Shown here in pieces: positions 34,697 to 45,156 of a stretch of 50,570 nucleotides of DNA (the first letter of the stretch is position 1; the number at the start of each line of letters is the position of its first letter). The notes under the pieces are model-generated. The model did not search any database. It worked only from the letters and a program-made list of their open reading frames with translations, and was not told where the DNA came from. Both the position numbers and the translations under genes were made by a program. The stretch is from a virus. Lineage: Duplodnaviria > Caudoviricetes. The stretch is from IMG/VR virus record IMGVR_UViG_3300046737_000006, positions 1-50,570 of that record, one strand, 5' to 3'.

Positions 34697-35444
34697 CGAA
34701 CATAACAATAACTTAGACCCAGTTATTGACGAAAACAAAGATTACCTCTCTGAATTAGTAGGGGACGACAAGAAGTTTAAAACTCCTGCCGAACTCGCTA
34801 AAGGTAAATGGCATGCTGACCAAACCATAGAATTAATGAAGAAGCGTATGGACGACCTCCGTAGCGACTACATGAAGGAGAGAGAGCAAAACTTAGCGCG
34901 GGAACAAATAGAGTCCGTTCTGACCAGATTTAAAGAGACTCCGCTGTCAAGTAACGTAGCACCCCAAGTGAACGAAGCTGAAAATAGACCCACGTACGAT
35001 CCTAATCAAATCAAGACTTTAGTGTCTGAAACCTATTCCCAAGAAAAGGAACGGGACCGTCAGGCAGCTAATGCTAGATTAGTTCAGGAAAAAGCAATTG
35101 AACGTTTTGGTAATTCTTACCAGGACGCTCTTTCCCGTCAAGCTGCAGAACTAGGACTTTCTCCACAGGAAGTCAATACGATGGCGAAGAATAACCCGAA
35201 GGTCTTTATTAAGACTTTCAGCTTAGACCAGCCTGTTCGTAAGGACAACTTCGAAGCTCCTATGCGTAATACCCAATCCTTCGCGCCGACAGGCGGACCC
35301 GATAGGTCATGGGCATATTACCAGAAGCTCAAAGTAGAGAAGCCCAAAGAATACTACAGCCCTAAAATTCAAAATCAGATGTTGGCTGACTATGACCGTC
35401 TCGGATCGAAATTCGAAGACGGCGACTTCAGTCAATACAATTAA
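34680..35444 (+). CDS. Capsid scaffolding protein
   Basis: Charged coiled coil directly upstream of the capsid gene; LVGDDKKFKTPAELAK. Confidence 0.75.
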   Translation: MDLLTNEHNNNLDPVIDENKDYLSELVGDDKKFKTPAELAKGKWHADQTIELMKKRMDDLRSDYMKEREQNLAREQIESVLTRFKETPLSSNVAPQVNEAENRPTYDPNQIKTLVSETYSQEKERDRQAANARLVQEKAIERFGNSYQDALSRQAAELGLSPQEVNTMAKNNPKVFIKTFSLDQPVRKDNFEAPMRNTQSFAPTGGPDRSWAYYQKLKVEKPKEYYSPKIQNQMLADYDRLGSKFEDGDFSQYN

Positions 35445-35461
35445 GTGGAGTCTAACATATC

Positions 35462-36451
35462 ATGGCTAGTGGTTTCACGACCCTAAATGATACTGATCTC
35501 CGTAGGCTTAATCTGTGGAATGCACAGATCAAGATGCTCCTACTGGATGATCTTATGGCCATGCGCTTCGTTAAGAACATCACTGACTTCTCTGATGGCG
35601 TAACCTTGAACATCCCGTCACTGGGTGAGGCAGAAACTGCCGACTTCAGTGAAGGCTTGGCAGTCAAGTATAACCGAATGGACACTGGTAACTTCACGTT
35701 TACCTTTGACCAATACAAATATTCGGCCAATACGATGTCTGCAAAGTTCAAGCGAGACAGCTTCTACAGCCAGGAAGTGCTTAACGCATTCCTGCCTCGG
35801 CAGCATCGCGCCCTCATGGAAGCCATTGAAACACGTATTTTCGATCGCTTCAATGCTGGCCAAACAGCATCTAACGCTAACACGATCAACACAGCGGATC
35901 ACCGCTGGATCGGGTCGGCGGTCTCTGGCACCAATCGTGCAATGGGCTTAAACGATTTCGCGAAAGCCCGCTTCGCACTGATGAAGGCAAACGTTCCGTT
36001 AACGAACATTTGCGCTGTGGTTGATCCCACAGTTGCTTATACTATCGCAACCCAGGCTAACGTAATGAACTTGCTCACTGAGGCTCCTCAGTGGGACGAG
36101 ATTGTTAACGGTGGACTTGAGTCCGGCAACGTAGTCGGCTCGATGAAGTTCGTCTTTAACATCTTCGGATTTGACGTCTATGTTTCCAACTATCTTCCGA
36201 CAGTTGGCGCAGAGACTATCAATTCGGTTTCTTCGGCAGCAGGTGCAGTCGCGAACTATATGTTCTCGGCTACGGCAGGTGACACTATGCCCATTATCGG
36301 TGGCTTTAGGCAACAGCCTACTGTCTACCAGGAGTTCAACAAAGACCTCCAACAGTGGGAATTCGTGACGTTCGCAGAGTATGGCTTCAAAGCCTACCGT
36401 CCTGAGAACATCATCACGGTCATCACCGACACCACTGGCGTAGTGGTCTAA
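35462..36451 (+). CDS. Major capsid protein
   Basis: 329 aa after the scaffold; GVTLNIPSLG, IFGFDVYVSNYL, YGFKAYRPEN; biased codon use. Confidence 0.88.
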   Translation: MASGFTTLNDTDLRRLNLWNAQIKMLLLDDLMAMRFVKNITDFSDGVTLNIPSLGEAETADFSEGLAVKYNRMDTGNFTFTFDQYKYSANTMSAKFKRDSFYSQEVLNAFLPRQHRALMEAIETRIFDRFNAGQTASNANTINTADHRWIGSAVSGTNRAMGLNDFAKARFALMKANVPLTNICAVVDPTVAYTIATQANVMNLLTEAPQWDEIVNGGLESGNVVGSMKFVFNIFGFDVYVSNYLPTVGAETINSVSSAAGAVANYMFSATAGDTMPIIGGFRQQPTVYQEFNKDLQQWEFVTFAEYGFKAYRPENIITVITDTTGVVV

Positions 36452-36464
36452 TAGGAGAATTATC

Positions 36465-37022
36465 ATGGGTTTAGGTACAAACTTTTTCGATGGTGATTCA
36501 CTCCTGCGTAAGTACGGTACAACCAAGGCGATTCCAAATCGCGGTGGCGAGTACAAGACTTACGGCGAACTCCGCGTTCTTGAATACAAGATCGTATGGG
36601 GAACAGCGTCAGCTTTCGGAACGACTACGGTCGGCACGGTAGCTTCGACGGATGTGATCCAGTCAGATCAGATTCAGTTCCCTCGCGGCGTGTTCGTTGA
36701 AGAGGTCACACTGGAAGTCGCCGAAGTGTTTAATACTCTCACGAGTATTAGCGTCGGCATGGTGCAGTCGAACGACCGCAGCACTCTGATCGGCGCCTCT
36801 GGCGGCGGTTTCATTGCAGCGGAAGTCTTAGCTACATTAACCCCTGTTGGTCAGCGCGTCACCTATATCGGTGGCACGTCTAAGGCAGGTACGTTAATCG
36901 GCACGATTGCCATTTCGGCAGCGTCAACCTTCTCAGGTTACATCACTGCACGATTTGTGGGCACTCAGGGCACTACTGGAGTCGGCATCGTCCGAATCAA
37001 GTATCGCGCTAACAGTCCCTAA
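36465..37022 (+). CDS. Virion structural protein (possible capsid decoration)
   Basis: Co-transcribed with the capsid gene; beta-rich; similar codon bias. Confidence 0.6.
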   Translation: MGLGTNFFDGDSLLRKYGTTKAIPNRGGEYKTYGELRVLEYKIVWGTASAFGTTTVGTVASTDVIQSDQIQFPRGVFVEEVTLEVAEVFNTLTSISVGMVQSNDRSTLIGASGGGFIAAEVLATLTPVGQRVTYIGGTSKAGTLIGTIAISAASTFSGYITARFVGTQGTTGVGIVRIKYRANSP

Positions 37023-37025
37023 TTA

Positions 37026-37051
37026 GTGGCGGGGGCTTCGGCCCCCTTCAC
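37026..37051 (+). terminator. Hairpin after the capsid genes (weak terminator or processing site)
   Basis: GGGGGC-TTCG-GCCCCC with a short T tract. Confidence 0.55.
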
Positions 37052-37070
37052 TTAAGGAGAAATAAAATAA

Positions 37071-37481
37071 ATGGCTGCTCAAGGTCTAGCTGATTTGGCT
37101 GGAAATGACGTTGCAGTTCGTAGCATTCAACTAGGTGCACAGCTCCCTGCTCGGTTCCCGGCGACTCCGTCGGCGGTGACTCAGGCGACCAACCGTGCAA
37201 CTGGTGTTACGCTCAACGCTTTAACTGGTCAAATCACAACTAACAACGCATCTCTAGCTGCGGGCGCTCAGGCCACTTTTACGGTAACCAACAGCTTTGT
37301 CTCTGCAAATGACATTGTTCTGATTACCATTAAGAGTGGGACTAACAGCACAGGTACAGACGTTTTCGTCTCTGCCGTTGCTGCAGGCTCCTTCAGCATT
37401 ACTGTAGATAACAACACCACTGCTACCGCAGAAACTGGTGCGATTATCATCACATTCGCAGTGGTTAAAGTCCAAGGCTAA
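37071..37481 (+). CDS. Head fibre / decoration-like virion protein
   Basis: AVTQATNRATGVTLNALTGQITT...FTVTNS pattern; SD AAGGAG. Confidence 0.55.
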   Translation: MAAQGLADLAGNDVAVRSIQLGAQLPARFPATPSAVTQATNRATGVTLNALTGQITTNNASLAAGAQATFTVTNSFVSANDIVLITIKSGTNSTGTDVFVSAVAAGSFSITVDNNTTATAETGAIIITFAVVKVQG

Positions 37482-38437
37482 TGACTAAACTTGTTCAGAA
37501 CGACATCGCGTCGTTAACAAATGAACAGTCCGCTCTGGCGGCACTGAACTCGAACTATGCCTCGTTAGAGGCATTCTCTGACTCAGTGCTGTCGAGGGAC
37601 GGTGTTACGCCAAATGAAATGTTGGCAGATTTGGATATGAATGGGAACCAAATTCTCAATTTATCCGCTCCTGCATCCGGTACTGAGCCTGTTCGTTTAC
37701 AGGATTTAAATACGATTATTGGGGGTGGAACAATTATTGCAGGGATTGGAAAGCCTTCTCCAGCTACTAGCGCGGATAATGCGGTAGTTAGGTGGGATGG
37801 AACCAACGCTGCAAGCGTTCAGAATTCAGGGGTTATTATTGATGATTCAAATAACATCTCTGGTTTAAATAACATTACTGGCGCAGGATATGTAGAAGTT
37901 CCAGAAATATCTGCGCCTTCTTCGCCTGCAGCAGACAAAGCTAGAATTTATGCCAAAGATGTTTCCGGTACAACTGGCGTCTTTATGAAAGATAGTGCGG
38001 GAACTGAAACAAAGTTGAATCAAGCTACCTTTTGGCTTAGGGATGGAACTGGGAAAGCAGTTGTTACTAATCTGTTAAATCAAACTAATTCTGCAGATAG
38101 TAATGGAACATTGAATGTTGACAGCATAACGCCCGGTACTGTGCCTGCAAATGCACAAGCTTTAATACTTACTATTGAAGTTGGTTATTCTACAGCACCC
38201 GCTGGAACACAAATCTGTCAAATAAGAGTTATGCCTTCTGGTTATAATCTAGGTGCTGTTTTAGATAGGGCTAAATTACAGCAAGTATTCCCAACTGGAA
38301 ATATAGACGTAACTGCTATGCATGTCTTAATGCCTATTGCTCCTGGTAAACGAGATTTCTTTTGGGCAAGACAATCGACGGATAATGCAGTAGCAAACAA
38401 AATGTCTATTATAGATTTATGGGGTTATGTAATTTAA
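37481..38437 (+). CDS. Tail fibre protein 1
   Basis: N-terminal LSRDG.TPNEM..DLDMN.NQI.NL anchor; DNAVVRWDG repeat motif. Confidence 0.7.
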   Translation: MTKLVQNDIASLTNEQSALAALNSNYASLEAFSDSVLSRDGVTPNEMLADLDMNGNQILNLSAPASGTEPVRLQDLNTIIGGGTIIAGIGKPSPATSADNAVVRWDGTNAASVQNSGVIIDDSNNISGLNNITGAGYVEVPEISAPSSPAADKARIYAKDVSGTTGVFMKDSAGTETKLNQATFWLRDGTGKAVVTNLLNQTNSADSNGTLNVDSITPGTVPANAQALILTIEVGYSTAPAGTQICQIRVMPSGYNLGAVLDRAKLQQVFPTGNIDVTAMHVLMPIAPGKRDFFWARQSTDNAVANKMSIIDLWGYVI

Positions 38438-39547
38438 ATGACAAAAATTGATCTTCAAAATATAGCTTTTACAGATTCTACGTCTACGTTGATAAACGCT
38501 AATAGTTTTGAAATAGAAACTAAGAGTGATACTTTCTTATCTAGGGATGGTGCAACTCCTAATGAGATGCTGACTGATTTGGATATGAATTCCAATCAGA
38601 TTTTTAATCTTCCAACTCCTTCAACACCTACTGAACCATTGCGCGCACAAGATTTGGCTAGTTTTATTAGTGGTTCCTTGACTATTCCAGACTTACAAAA
38701 TATTACCGTTACAACCAAGCCTTTAGTTAATGATGGTGTTGCTTTAGGTTCAACTACTAAAAGTTGGTCCGATCTATTTTTAGCTAATGGGGCTGTTTTT
38801 AATTTTAATAATGGTAATTTAACGGTTACCCATAACAGTGGCACGCTTACATTCACTGGTTCTATTTTAGGTGGTAACACTATATCTAAAGTTATTAATC
38901 AAACTTTTACTAGTGGTGGTACGTATACTCCAACTACAGGTATGCTTTACTGTGATGTTGTTGCTTGCGGAGGTGGTGGTGGTGGTGGTGGAACACCTAA
39001 TACTTCAGCAGCACAAATCTCTGCTGGTGGTGGAGGTGGTTCAGGTGGAGTAACACGAGGAATATTTACGGCCGCACAAATTGGAGCAAGTAAAACTGTT
39101 ACCATAGGTGCTGCAGGTACTACGGGTTCTAATGCTGCAGGAGGTAATGGAGGTAATACAACTTTTGGTGCCTTGCTTACTGCGAATGGCGGCCAAGGGG
39201 GTCCAGTAGGAACTGCGACTGGTTCTTCTTTCATATTTGGTGGTGCTGTAGGAGGTACTGCGTCTGGTGGTTTTATAAATATTCAAGGACGTGGTGGTGA
39301 AGATGGTTGGGGCACAAATCCAGCAGGCCAACAGCTTGCACAAGGAGGTATTGGTGGTTACACACCATTTGGACTAGGAACTGGAGGAGCAGGAGCAATG
39401 TCTGGAACTGGGGCACAAATCGGTAATGGTGCTACAGGATTCGGAGGAGGAGGTGGAGGTTCCGCTGCAGGTCTCAGTAGTTCAGCAACATCTGGTGGTG
39501 GGGCTACCGCAGGTATTGTATTTGTAATTGAATACGTTCAAGGCTAG
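38438..39547 (+). CDS. Tail fibre protein 2 with a glycine-rich C-terminal domain
   Basis: Same N-terminal anchor; FTSGGTYTPT..CGGGGGGG glycine-rich domain. Confidence 0.75.
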   Translation: MTKIDLQNIAFTDSTSTLINANSFEIETKSDTFLSRDGATPNEMLTDLDMNSNQIFNLPTPSTPTEPLRAQDLASFISGSLTIPDLQNITVTTKPLVNDGVALGSTTKSWSDLFLANGAVFNFNNGNLTVTHNSGTLTFTGSILGGNTISKVINQTFTSGGTYTPTTGMLYCDVVACGGGGGGGGTPNTSAAQISAGGGGGSGGVTRGIFTAAQIGASKTVTIGAAGTTGSNAAGGNGGNTTFGALLTANGGQGGPVGTATGSSFIFGGAVGGTASGGFINIQGRGGEDGWGTNPAGQQLAQGGIGGYTPFGLGTGGAGAMSGTGAQIGNGATGFGGGGGGSAAGLSSSATSGGGATAGIVFVIEYVQG

Positions 39548-39635
39548 TAATAATGAAACGAAAGATTAATGACTAAACAACAAACTATAGAGAAACAATT
39601 AGGGATGACAATTACCGAATTAAAGGTTTTATTAA

Positions 39636-40307
39636 ATGGCTAACGTAGAACATTCAGTATTAACAGGCACAGACTTACATGAGTCAAAAGGTGTGGCTGC
39701 GGCTGCAAACAATAGAGTTTATGTAACCAATGGTGCAGGCAGTGGTTCCTTTCAACAGGTTCCTGCTGCAGCAATTGCTTCAGCCGGTGTTCTTGTCTTC
39801 CAGAGTCAGAAATATCACATCCGTGATGAAGTCTCTTCAGGAACTGCGAGCCAAGGCGCATTAACAGATAATACCTGGAACACTAGACGCCTTCAGACAG
39901 AAAAAACAGATGATTTAACCATTACACTAAGTGGTAATCAGTTTGCACTTCCCGCAGGTACTTATTGGGTAGAAGGTTTTACATCTTGCTTTGTTACTCA
40001 AGATGGTGGTGCTGCCGGTGTTGCGGATGGAGAAGCGTCTTTGAGACTTAGAAACATTTCAGATAGTACTACAGCCTTAAGTGGAATTGTTTATAGACAA
40101 AAATTTGATTCTTCTAGCGCTGGTATAAGTTATGTTCAAGCACTTCTTCAGATAAGAGGTCAGTTTACAATTGCGGGTACCAAAACTTTTGAACTCCAAA
40201 ATTGGGTTAAAGATGCATCTAACGGAACAACTTTTAACGCAGGTTTTAGTGCTAGTTCTGGTGAGAACGAAGTCTATGCAGACTTAGTAATCTGGAAACT
40301 TTCCTAA
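39636..40307 (+). CDS. Tail fibre/spike-associated protein
   Basis: HSVLTGTDLHESKG N-terminus; NQFALPAGTYWVE beta domain. Confidence 0.6.
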   Translation: MANVEHSVLTGTDLHESKGVAAAANNRVYVTNGAGSGSFQQVPAAAIASAGVLVFQSQKYHIRDEVSSGTASQGALTDNTWNTRRLQTEKTDDLTITLSGNQFALPAGTYWVEGFTSCFVTQDGGAAGVADGEASLRLRNISDSTTALSGIVYRQKFDSSSAGISYVQALLQIRGQFTIAGTKTFELQNWVKDASNGTTFNAGFSASSGENEVYADLVIWKLS

Positions 40308-41002
40308 TGTACATATCTTTCGATAAGTATGGTCCTGAATACCAGCAACTCTGGGATACTATGCACATCATTCGTGATGGGCAAGAACTTCAACGCCTAT
40401 CCGATAAGATTAAACTAAGCGCGTCTAAATACAAAGAAGTCGAAGCGCAGGTCGGAGTACCGTGGCAAATGGTAGCCGTCATACACGTGCGCGAGGCAGG
40501 AGAACAAGACATCGCAAGATGGCTATGCGTTCTCCATAACGGGGAGAAAATCATTGGTACAGGGAAAACCACCCGTTTGGTCCCTGCTGGTAGGGGTCCT
40601 TTCTACGATTGGGTTTCTGCTGCTGTGGATGCACTACGGTATCAAGGATTCGATAAATATACTGACTGGACTGTTGGCCGCGTTCTTTGGGCATTAGAAC
40701 CCTTCAACGGCTACGGTTACAGAAATAAAGGCTTAAGAAGTCCGTATCTATGGGCGAGCACAAATCACCAGCAATTAGGAAAATATATAGCTGACGGTGT
40801 ATTTGACGCCAATGTCATGGACTCTCAAATAGGGTGCGCAGCGTTGCTGAAGTACCTTGAGTTTGGAGGCACTACTACACAACCTGTTCCTCATATTCCG
40901 GATACGCCTACGTTTCCCGCGCGTGTACCTCCGGTTGTGGAGCAACCTTCATTCATCGAAGTTCTAATGAACTTCCTAAAATCAATATTCAAAAGGAAAT
41001 AA
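40307..41002 (+). CDS. Endolysin, lysozyme-like family (COG5526 type)
   Basis: GVPWQMVAVIHVRE, LHNGE, GRGPF, E.FNGYGY, SPYLWA, GKYIADG, QIGCA. Confidence 0.85.
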   Translation: MYISFDKYGPEYQQLWDTMHIIRDGQELQRLSDKIKLSASKYKEVEAQVGVPWQMVAVIHVREAGEQDIARWLCVLHNGEKIIGTGKTTRLVPAGRGPFYDWVSAAVDALRYQGFDKYTDWTVGRVLWALEPFNGYGYRNKGLRSPYLWASTNHQQLGKYIADGVFDANVMDSQIGCAALLKYLEFGGTTTQPVPHIPDTPTFPARVPPVVEQPSFIEVLMNFLKSIFKRK

Positions 41003-41003
41003 T

Positions 41004-41255
41004 ATGTTTGCTTGGATTTCAAAGACTTGGAATAAGTTTCATAACTGGTGTGCACGCGTTGCGCCTGGCTTTAAAACATTCCTAATCTCTGCAGTTGGTA
41101 TCTTCGGCTCAGCCGGCGCTGCCATGCAGGAATATTTGACGGGCGTTCCCTTAGATAGGTTTGTGACCGCACAGGAAGCACTAATCGTGACTACTGTACT
41201 GTTCACCCTTACCTTCTGGGCACGTGCGCTGACTAATCGCACTCCCACCGCTTAA
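41004..41255 (+). CDS. Two-TM membrane protein (holin-like)
   Basis: Two hydrophobic helices, adjacent to the endolysin. Confidence 0.55.
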   Translation: MFAWISKTWNKFHNWCARVAPGFKTFLISAVGIFGSAGAAMQEYLTGVPLDRFVTAQEALIVTTVLFTLTFWARALTNRTPTA

Positions 41256-41695
41256 TGCTCAGCATCCTAGGCTTTATCACAGGGTTAGCGCCTATGCTAA
41301 CCCAGTTAGCCAACAACATCACTGACTTGCAGAAGATGAAGGTAAAAGCTCAATCTGATACTGAGTTAGCCCAAATAAACAAACAGATTGAAGAAGCTCA
41401 CGACAGACGCCAAATCTTAGTCGCAGAGGCTGCCTCCCGGATAGGTATAATTCTAAATGGTGGCATGCGGGCTCTGATGGCTCTGCCTGTGGTAATATTC
41501 TTGAATAAGTGGTTGGTGTGGGACAAAGTAGTTGGTTCTTTTGCGGGATGCTCCGGAAAGACTCCAGTAGCTCCTCTTGATAAATGTTATACCTATGTGA
41601 CTGATCAGTTAGACGCAAATACATGGATTGTAATCCTAGGGGTTTGCAGTTTCTACTTTGCCTATGACTTCGGTTCAAGGCTGTTAAAGAAATGA
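41255..41695 (+). CDS. Holin-like membrane protein
   Basis: N-terminal amphipathic helix, coiled coil, two TM segments. Confidence 0.55.
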   Translation: MLSILGFITGLAPMLTQLANNITDLQKMKVKAQSDTELAQINKQIEEAHDRRQILVAEAASRIGIILNGGMRALMALPVVIFLNKWLVWDKVVGSFAGCSGKTPVAPLDKCYTYVTDQLDANTWIVILGVCSFYFAYDFGSRLLKK

Positions 41696-42450
41696 AATAT
41701 ACATTATTAGAATTAACTCAGAACATTCTCTCTCGTTTAGATAGTGACGAAGTAGATAGTATTAGTGATACAGTAGAGGCTACGCAAGTAGCCCGCGTAA
41801 TCCGCAATACATACTTCAACATCATCAGTAGGTCAAATCTACCAGAGCATAAGAAGTTAATTCAGCTTACTGCATCTGGAGACAACACTAAGCCTGTCTT
41901 AATGACTCGGCCAGATAATGTTCAACGTATCGATTGGATTAAGTACAACGTACGTTCTGCTACCGATACAACTGATCGTTATGAATACATCATCATTCTG
42001 CCTTTAGCACAGTTCCTAGAGATGACTGATGGACTCAATACATCAGATACTGCTAATGTCGGCACAATGACATTCAACGGTATTACCTTTGCTTACAATA
42101 AGAAGCTACGTCCTGTGTACTGTACCATCGTAGAAGATGATACTATTATCTTCGACTCCTACGATAGCGCAGTAGAAAGTACACTTCAGACTTCTAAGAC
42201 CAAATGTTTCGCTTTGACCGTTCCGACTTTTGATCTGATCGACACGACGATTCCTGATCTAGATGATGTTCAATTTCCTCTACTCTTGAACGAAGCAACC
42301 GCAGTTGCCTTTGTTGATCTAAAACAGCAGGCGAATCCGAAAGCAGAGCAAGAGTCGCGAAGACAGTGGATATCGTTGCAACGGACAAAGATGTTAGCAA
42401 AAGTGCCCACTCCATTTGATGCATTACCTCATTTTGGTAGGAGATTATAA
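41692..42450 (+). CDS. Tail adaptor / tubular protein A-like
   Basis: TLLELTQNILSRLDSDEVDSISDTVEATQVA N-terminus, typical of gp11-like adaptors. Confidence 0.75.
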   Translation: MKYTLLELTQNILSRLDSDEVDSISDTVEATQVARVIRNTYFNIISRSNLPEHKKLIQLTASGDNTKPVLMTRPDNVQRIDWIKYNVRSATDTTDRYEYIIILPLAQFLEMTDGLNTSDTANVGTMTFNGITFAYNKKLRPVYCTIVEDDTIIFDSYDSAVESTLQTSKTKCFALTVPTFDLIDTTIPDLDDVQFPLLLNEATAVAFVDLKQQANPKAEQESRRQWISLQRTKMLAKVPTPFDALPHFGRRL

Positions 42451-42797
42451 TGGCTACTATGTTCCATCAACACGAGAATGTTGTGGAAGAAAAGAATCAT
42501 GCACCTGTACGTGAGCTTATTCTAAAGCCCATGGAAGGCATGACGGTTAAAGGAAATAACATGGTTGACCCTGGGGTATGGAAGGGGACTAACAGTCTTC
42601 GCGCCATCCAGGATGAGACTAGTCTCTGGGGATTTAAGTTCGACAAGGGCATATTACCAGACCCGCTTAAGCAACGTTTCACATCTTTACCTAAAGCGAT
42701 TGCCTTTGCGAAACAATACTTTGCTAAACGCAATCTCGAACTAACAGAAGTAAAAGACGTACATGCCCCGAAGTCATGGAATAGTAATACAGAATAA
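42450..42797 (+). CDS. Hypothetical protein, 115 aa
   Basis: Coupled to its neighbours. Confidence 0.6.
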   Translation: MATMFHQHENVVEEKNHAPVRELILKPMEGMTVKGNNMVDPGVWKGTNSLRAIQDETSLWGFKFDKGILPDPLKQRFTSLPKAIAFAKQYFAKRNLELTEVKDVHAPKSWNSNTE

Positions 42798-45156
42798 GTT
42801 CATCAAAGGACTTATTACTGAAGCAACTGCATTAAACTACCCAGAAGACGCCTGCACAGATGTCGACAATTGTGTTTTTGATCATCTTGGTCATATTACT
42901 CGACGATTGGGAATCGACTTAGAAGGAGGCAAGACTACTCAGTCTGCCGCTAGAGCAGGCCGAGTTTGCGTCACGTACTTATGGAAGAATGTGGGTGGGG
43001 ACGGAGACACTAACTTCGTAGTGGTACAAAACGGTGGAACATTATTCTTCTACCGTGTTCTATCTTCTACAGCATTATCCGCTGGGTTGCACGCTAATAC
43101 AGTTGCACTGACTTCTTTCTCCACAGTCGCTCCTGAAACTATTAGAACTCTAGAATGTCAGTTCGCACAAGGTAACGGTTACCTATTCGTAACCCACCCT
43201 AGTTGCGAACCTTTTTTTGTGTCTTATGACGTAGCTGGAAGCACATTCACTGCTACGCAGATCAATTTAAAAGAAAGAGACTTCGTAGGAATTACTTCAG
43301 ACAGTGCGTTAGATCAAGAACGACCTACTACTCTGACAGACGCACACAGATATAATCTAGCTAACCAAGGTTGGCCTAGCAGGTACTTAGGACAGTCAGC
43401 TACATCTATTACAATAGGCACTGGTTCTAAAGTATTCACTACAGCAGCGACACTAAGTATCCTAGTCGGAGATCGCGTACGCGTATACTCGCGCGCGACC
43501 CCAGGTTCCTTAGGCGCCAGTACCAATAGTGGCAACATTATGATCGGCACGGTAACTGCATATGCTGGTACATCTCTAACTGTTAATGTTACATCTACGA
43601 ATGGTGCCGGTACCCTTACCGATTGGAATATCGTAGAAGAGCCAGATTATATAGAAGCTTGGAATATTCTATACGGCAACTATCCAAATAACTGCGATGT
43701 CTGGTGGTCCTATAAGAACACTTCAGGTGTCTTTGGACCCAGCACAGAGTTCATGAATAGTTTCCCTGGGCTAGGTTTAGCTCCTAAGGGACATTTCATT
43801 CTAGGTGTATTCAGCGCAGACAGAGCTGTAGCTTCTGGTATCACTGGCCTCACAGTTGTAACAACTGGAACAGCTAGACCAACTACATGCGCCTTCTTCG
43901 CAGGACGGACGTTCTACTCAGGTATTCAATTCCAAGGGTATAATGCTAGAATATACTTCTCACAGATATTAACTAATATCAACCAAGCTGGTAAATGTTA
44001 CCAGGTTAATGACCCTTCAAACGAACAGGCTTTCGACCTGTTACCTTCTGATGGTGGCTTCATAGACATCTTAGAAGCAGGGCAAATCTTAAAACTTGTC
44101 CCTTATCTCAATTCACTAATCGTCATTGCAACCAACGGTATCTGGAGCGTCACAGGCTCACAAGGATTAGGCTTCGTAGCTACAGACTACTCAGTTCATA
44201 AAATTTCTGCAGTACCTAGCTCATCTGCAAACAGTCTAGTGGACGTGGACGGAGTCCCTGTTTGGTGGACTAGCGACGGTATCTTCACCATTACATCTGA
44301 CCCACAGACAGGGCAATTGGGTGTTCAGAACATTATCAACGAGTCTATCTTAACCTTTTTCCAAAGCATTCCTGTGGAGTCCAGACGGTTTGCTAGAGGT
44401 ACATACGACCCAGAAGATCATCTAGTACACTGGGTATATAAAGGGGGAAGTTCAAGTTCATTCTCCGATAAGTATATTTACGACCGAGCGCTCACATTAA
44501 ATCTATTAAGCAAGGCGTTCTATCCTTGGAGTATCGACGCAACACATGGACGTATCCATGGTGTGGTTGCAGCTAGAACTCAAGGTGGTACATTTACTTT
44601 ATCGAATGTCTCTGCAGCAGCAGGCGTCAATAACGTCCAAGCTGCCAGTGGAGCAAACCAAGTAATAGTCTTTTCTGCGCCGACAAATACTACAGGTAAC
44701 TCAGGTACAATTGTTAAGTACCTATGTACCTACGATCCGGTTGGAGTAGACGAAACGTCTAGTATGACTTTCGCCGAGGGATACCGAACATCGTATCTCG
44801 ATTGGGAATCAACTACTTCAGGTTCAATAGACTTCTTAAGTTACTTTGTTTCAGGCTACCGTATCCACGGTCAGGCTATGCGTAAGTATCAAACTAACTA
44901 CATCAACTTCTACTCAGATGTAGACGCTATCAATACTGCCTTCCGTGTACGCGGTGAGTGGGACTTCAGTACTTCCGGTAGTTCCGGACGTTGGTCCACT
45001 GCGCAAGTACCCGCAGGCTTCTTCAAAGCTAGACCTGTACGCTTGAAGATTAGAGGACATGGTAAATCCATGCAGATCAGAGTAGAGAGTCTTACAGGAC
45101 AACCCTTCACCTTAATTGGGTGGGCAGCCTTCGAAACGGCAAATCCATGGATATAA
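42763..45156 (+). CDS. Tail nozzle / tubular protein B-like
   Basis: 797 aa beta-rich; FIKGLITEAT.LNYPEDA, AFFAGRTFYSG, RLKIRGHGKS. Confidence 0.8.
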   Translation: MPRSHGIVIQNKFIKGLITEATALNYPEDACTDVDNCVFDHLGHITRRLGIDLEGGKTTQSAARAGRVCVTYLWKNVGGDGDTNFVVVQNGGTLFFYRVLSSTALSAGLHANTVALTSFSTVAPETIRTLECQFAQGNGYLFVTHPSCEPFFVSYDVAGSTFTATQINLKERDFVGITSDSALDQERPTTLTDAHRYNLANQGWPSRYLGQSATSITIGTGSKVFTTAATLSILVGDRVRVYSRATPGSLGASTNSGNIMIGTVTAYAGTSLTVNVTSTNGAGTLTDWNIVEEPDYIEAWNILYGNYPNNCDVWWSYKNTSGVFGPSTEFMNSFPGLGLAPKGHFILGVFSADRAVASGITGLTVVTTGTARPTTCAFFAGRTFYSGIQFQGYNARIYFSQILTNINQAGKCYQVNDPSNEQAFDLLPSDGGFIDILEAGQILKLVPYLNSLIVIATNGIWSVTGSQGLGFVATDYSVHKISAVPSSSANSLVDVDGVPVWWTSDGIFTITSDPQTGQLGVQNIINESILTFFQSIPVESRRFARGTYDPEDHLVHWVYKGGSSSSFSDKYIYDRALTLNLLSKAFYPWSIDATHGRIHGVVAARTQGGTFTLSNVSAAAGVNNVQAASGANQVIVFSAPTNTTGNSGTIVKYLCTYDPVGVDETSSMTFAEGYRTSYLDWESTTSGSIDFLSYFVSGYRIHGQAMRKYQTNYINFYSDVDAINTAFRVRGEWDFSTSGSSGRWSTAQVPAGFFKARPVRLKIRGHGKSMQIRVESLTGQPFTLIGWAAFETANPWI

